Below, one piece after another: positions 61,121 to 64,000 of a DNA stretch of 64,000 bases. Position 1 is the first letter of the stretch; every line of letters starts with the position of its first letter. The DNA comes from Bdellovibrionota bacterium (GTDB taxonomy: Bacteria > Bdellovibrionota_C > UBA2361 > OMII01): contig JBILEW010000001.1 of the NCBI GenBank assembly GCA_044351885.1, forward strand, positions 30,315-94,314, in the 5' to 3' direction. Made by a program: the position numbers and the translations under genes. Below the pieces are notes generated by a model. The model did no database searches, was not told where the DNA came from, and saw only the letters and a program-made list of their open reading frames with translations.

Positions 61121-64000
61121 ATGCGCAAGGTTACGCGGTCGTTCTTTTCTCCATCTTCCAAGAAGCTTCCGGAGGTCCCTTGGCGCGCTGAGGTCTTGTC
61201 ACGCGAAGCTCTCGGAGAGCTCGCCCAACGACTTGCCGAGCAACATCACGGAACATTCGGAGTCAGTCGCAGCTCCTACCTTCTCTCGAATTATCGCAGC
61301 AACAGGGAAACCCTGCGCAGGGTCTATCATCGTCTCGCAGAGGCTGCCCACAAGGGTGAGGCACTGACTGCAGGAGCAGAGTGGCTCCTCGACAATTATC
61401 ACGTAGTCGAACGCCATGCTGCTGCCATCAAGAAATATCTACCTCCTGGGTTTTATCGCACCCTTCCTCAGTTCTTAGAGGGACCGTTCGAGGGCTTCCC
61501 GCGAGTATACCACCTCGCCTTGGAATTCATCGTTCATACCGATGCAGCCGTCGACCCGAGTCTGGCTGCTTTCTTCATCTCTGCATATCAGCAGAGGCTC
61601 GAACTCTCCTCAGGCGAGCTGTGGGCCTTCCCTATTATGCTGCGCTTTGCTCTCTTCGAAAATTTGAGGCGCCTGACCCGCGAGGCTGAAAAGGAGCTGC
61701 TAGCTCGTAGAGATGTATTCTCTCTCGTAGACGAGGTTCTCGGCAACGAGTCTCGAACCGGAACCGAGATCATGGTCGAGTTAGCGCATCGAGTGAGCGA
61801 GCGGGACAGCTTTTTGCCACACGGGGCACTCGAGCTGCTCAAGCGTCTCCGAGGTCGTGGACGCAAAGCCTTCATGGCGCTGCAATTTCTCGAGGAAGCG
61901 CTACGTGAACGCGGACTCGATCCCGAAGACCTTTTGCGCGCCGAGGACCATGCTCAAGCGGCCAGGCAGATCTCTGTTGGAAACACTCTGATCTCTCTCA
62001 AGGCCATCGACCAGATGAATTGGCGGGAATGGTTCGAGGATGTCAGCTTGGCTGAGAGGATGCTGCGCCGGGATCCGGCGAATCTGCACGCACGGTGTGA
62101 TTTTCCCACACGTGACAGCATGCGACACGAGATCGAGAAGCTCTCGAAGCGCTTGAAGAAAACCGACTCTCAGATCGCTGCAGCCGTAGTAGCCTGTGCA
62201 TCGCAGCATTCGGCTTCTCCAGGTGCAGACGAAAATCAAGCTCTCGTCCAGAAGCACGTAGGCTACTTTTTGATCGGAAAAGGAAGGGCGCTGCTCGAGG
62301 CAACCCTCGGCTATACCCCCCCTCTGCTCACTCGCATTGGGCGGTTGCTCGGCAAACATGCCGTAGCTTCCTACCTGGGAGCGATCTCCGCGATCTCGGC
62401 CCTGCTGGTGGCGTATGTCTACTTCCTCGCAGAGTGGTCTCATGCAAGCGCAGCACTCATCGTAGGCACTCTCCTCCTCACCGCGTTACCTGTATCAGAG
62501 CTTGCGTCGAGCCTCGTGCAGTATCTCGTCACTCGCTGGATCCCCGCACGTCCGCTTCCCAAGCTTTCCCACGAAGGTCCGGTAGATCCCGAGAACAAAA
62601 CCCTCGTCGCAGTTCACACCATTTTCAGCAGCACGGCCTCGATACAGCGCGCCATCGATGGTCTTGAGGTGCGTTTTCTGAGCAATGACGATCCTGCATT
62701 CACATATGTCCTGATGGCGGATCTCCCGGATGCACGCTCCGAACATAGCCCCGGAGATGCTCAGATCGTGCAAGCAGCCAAGGAGGGGATCGAAGCCTTG
62801 AATGCGCTCCACTGCGCCAGCGGGCCGAAGCGTTTTGCCGTGTTTTTCCGTAAGCGCATATGGAACCCTGGCGAAGGGGTCTGGATGGCGTGGGAGCGCA
62901 AACGCGGCAAAATCGAAGAGCTCAATCGATACCTGCTCGGGCATGGAGAAACCTCTTTGCAATTAGTCGCTGGAGATTCAGAGCAGCTCAAAGGTATTCG
63001 ATATGTGATAACTCTCGACAGTGACTCCCAGCTGTGCCGCGACGTGGCAAAAAAGCTGGTTGCGACTATCGCCCACCCCATGAACCGTGCGGTTGTCGAT
63101 CCGGATACTCGTTGTGTCGTGGAAGGCTATGCGCTCATTCAACCGCGCGTAACTATCTCGCTCACATCTGCCACGAGTTCCTGGTTCTCCCAACTCTTTT
63201 CTGGACAGGCAGGACTCGATCCATACACGAACGTAGTCTCGGACGTATACCAAGACCTCTTTGCAGAGGGTTCCTTTGTCGGAAAAGGGATCTACGATCT
63301 TCGGACCTTCGCGGAGGTCCTTGAAAATCGAGTTCCGGACAACACCCTGCTCAGCCACGACCTTTTCGAAGGCTCGTTCGCCCGAGTAGGCCTCGCGTCC
63401 GACATCGAGCTCTACGATGATTTCCCGTCCCGATACATGGCCTACTCCAAGCGCCTTCATCGTTGGGTCCGTGGAGACTGGCAACTCTTACCGTGGCTGA
63501 GGAGAACCGTTCCGACAGCGAAAGGTGCGGGCCGCAACCCGCTCTCTGCGCTCGCATTATGGAAGATGCTCGACAATCTTCGTCGAAGTTTACTACCCAT
63601 AGCGTGCTTCCTCTCGCTCGTGGGCGGGTGGTTCCTTTTGCCAGGTGGTCCGCTGGCGTGGACCGTGATCGTTCTTTTGGTCATCGCATTCCCGGTCTTC
63701 ACCGGGCTAGCCAACGCATTTGCCTTGCCGAGCATCGGCATCTCGATCGGTGGTTTCCTTGGAGACATAGGCCGAGACCTGTGGCGACATTCGATGCGCG
63801 CAGCATGCGCAGTGTGCTTCCTGCCACACCAAGCGGCTCTCATGACGCACGCAATATGCGTCACTTCGTATCGGCTGGCATTCAGCCGCCGACACCTTCT
63901 CGAGTGGGAGCCCGCCGAGAGGTCAGAGCGCCGTGGGCGGAATGAGCAACGCGAATACTTGCGACTCTTCTTGCCATCGATGGCTCTCGCTATCGTTGCC
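61121..64000 (+). CDS. cgs: Cyclic beta-1,2-glucan synthase (Cgs/NdvB/ChvB), N-terminal GT84 region; 3' end outside window
   Basis: Frame is open from ATG 61121 to the window end (not in the ORF track because there is no stop). Motifs AEWLLDNYHVV, TM helices, ITLDSDSQL (DxD-type), RLHRWVRGDWQLLPW. Confidence 0.8.
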   Translation, partial: MRKVTRSFFSPSSKKLPEVPWRAEVLSREALGELAQRLAEQHHGTFGVSRSSYLLSNYRSNRETLRRVYHRLAEAAHKGEALTAGAEWLLDNYHVVERHAAAIKKYLPPGFYRTLPQFLEGPFEGFPRVYHLALEFIVHTDAAVDPSLAAFFISAYQQRLELSSGELWAFPIMLRFALFENLRRLTREAEKELLARRDVFSLVDEVLGNESRTGTEIMVELAHRVSERDSFLPHGALELLKRLRGRGRKAFMALQFLEEALRERGLDPEDLLRAEDHAQAARQISVGNTLISLKAIDQMNWREWFEDVSLAERMLRRDPANLHARCDFPTRDSMRHEIEKLSKRLKKTDSQIAAAVVACASQHSASPGADENQALVQKHVGYFLIGKGRALLEATLGYTPPLLTRIGRLLGKHAVASYLGAISAISALLVAYVYFLAEWSHASAALIVGTLLLTALPVSELASSLVQYLVTRWIPARPLPKLSHEGPVDPENKTLVAVHTIFSSTASIQRAIDGLEVRFLSNDDPAFTYVLMADLPDARSEHSPGDAQIVQAAKEGIEALNALHCASGPKRFAVFFRKRIWNPGEGVWMAWERKRGKIEELNRYLLGHGETSLQLVAGDSEQLKGIRYVITLDSDSQLCRDVAKKLVATIAHPMNRAVVDPDTRCVVEGYALIQPRVTISLTSATSSWFSQLFSGQAGLDPYTNVVSDVYQDLFAEGSFVGKGIYDLRTFAEVLENRVPDNTLLSHDLFEGSFARVGLASDIELYDDFPSRYMAYSKRLHRWVRGDWQLLPWLRRTVPTAKGAGRNPLSALALWKMLDNLRRSLLPIACFLSLVGGWFLLPGGPLAWTVIVLLVIAFPVFTGLANAFALPSIGISIGGFLGDIGRDLWRHSMRAACAVCFLPHQAALMTHAICVTSYRLAFSRRHLLEWEPAERSERRGRNEQREYLRLFLPSMALAIVA

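Noticed and set aside
1-64000. tRNA/rRNA genes
   Set aside because: Scanned intergenic regions for T-psi-C loop (GGTTCGAATCC-like) and acceptor-stem patterns. Only coding-region chance matches were found, e.g. inside ctaA. None reported.

Overview
The window is 64 kb of a GC-rich bacterial chromosome, and the gene content is mostly housekeeping and cell-envelope functions. Arginine biosynthesis is represented by argC and argB, and the succinylase branch of diaminopimelate/lysine biosynthesis by a dapC-like/dapD/dapE operon plus dapF. Sugar-nucleotide genes include fcl, a UDP-glucuronate decarboxylase, ugd and a DprE1/DprE2-like pair. Other recognisable genes are gnd, lepA, rlmC, queE, pntAA/AB/B, ctaA, uspA and a YebC-family regulator. 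One set of genes looks polyamine-related: a homospermidine-synthase-like gene, an HDAC-family amidohydrolase, a SpeG-like acetyltransferase and a sodium:solute symporter. An envelope/glycan region contains two large multi-pass membrane proteins (one GT-C-like), a lipoprotein, an orphan nuoF and a phosphodiester glycosidase. The 3' end carries a cyclic beta-1,2-glucan synthase (cgs/ndvB-type, partial) preceded by two ABC exporters and an 898-aa secreted alpha-helical protein. No tRNA, rRNA, CRISPR array, transposase or integrase was recognised.

The most interesting signals are:
- a RibBA paralog that appears to have lost both active sites and is translationally coupled to an HD-domain dGTPase-like gene;
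- a 19-bp palindrome shared by two divergent promoters that links the polyamine-type genes into a candidate regulon;
- a dispersed family of palindromic (REP/MITE-like) repeats with four copies;
- a second, roughly 90-nt structured element present in two copies in opposite orientations;
- a 186-bp nested palindrome that seems to have altered the 3' end of dapF;
- a 52-aa DUF5989-like micro-ORF missed by the ORF track, with a clean bidirectional terminator;
- a small secreted collagen-like protein.

All calls rest on reading the sequence and translations by eye, and no database search was run.
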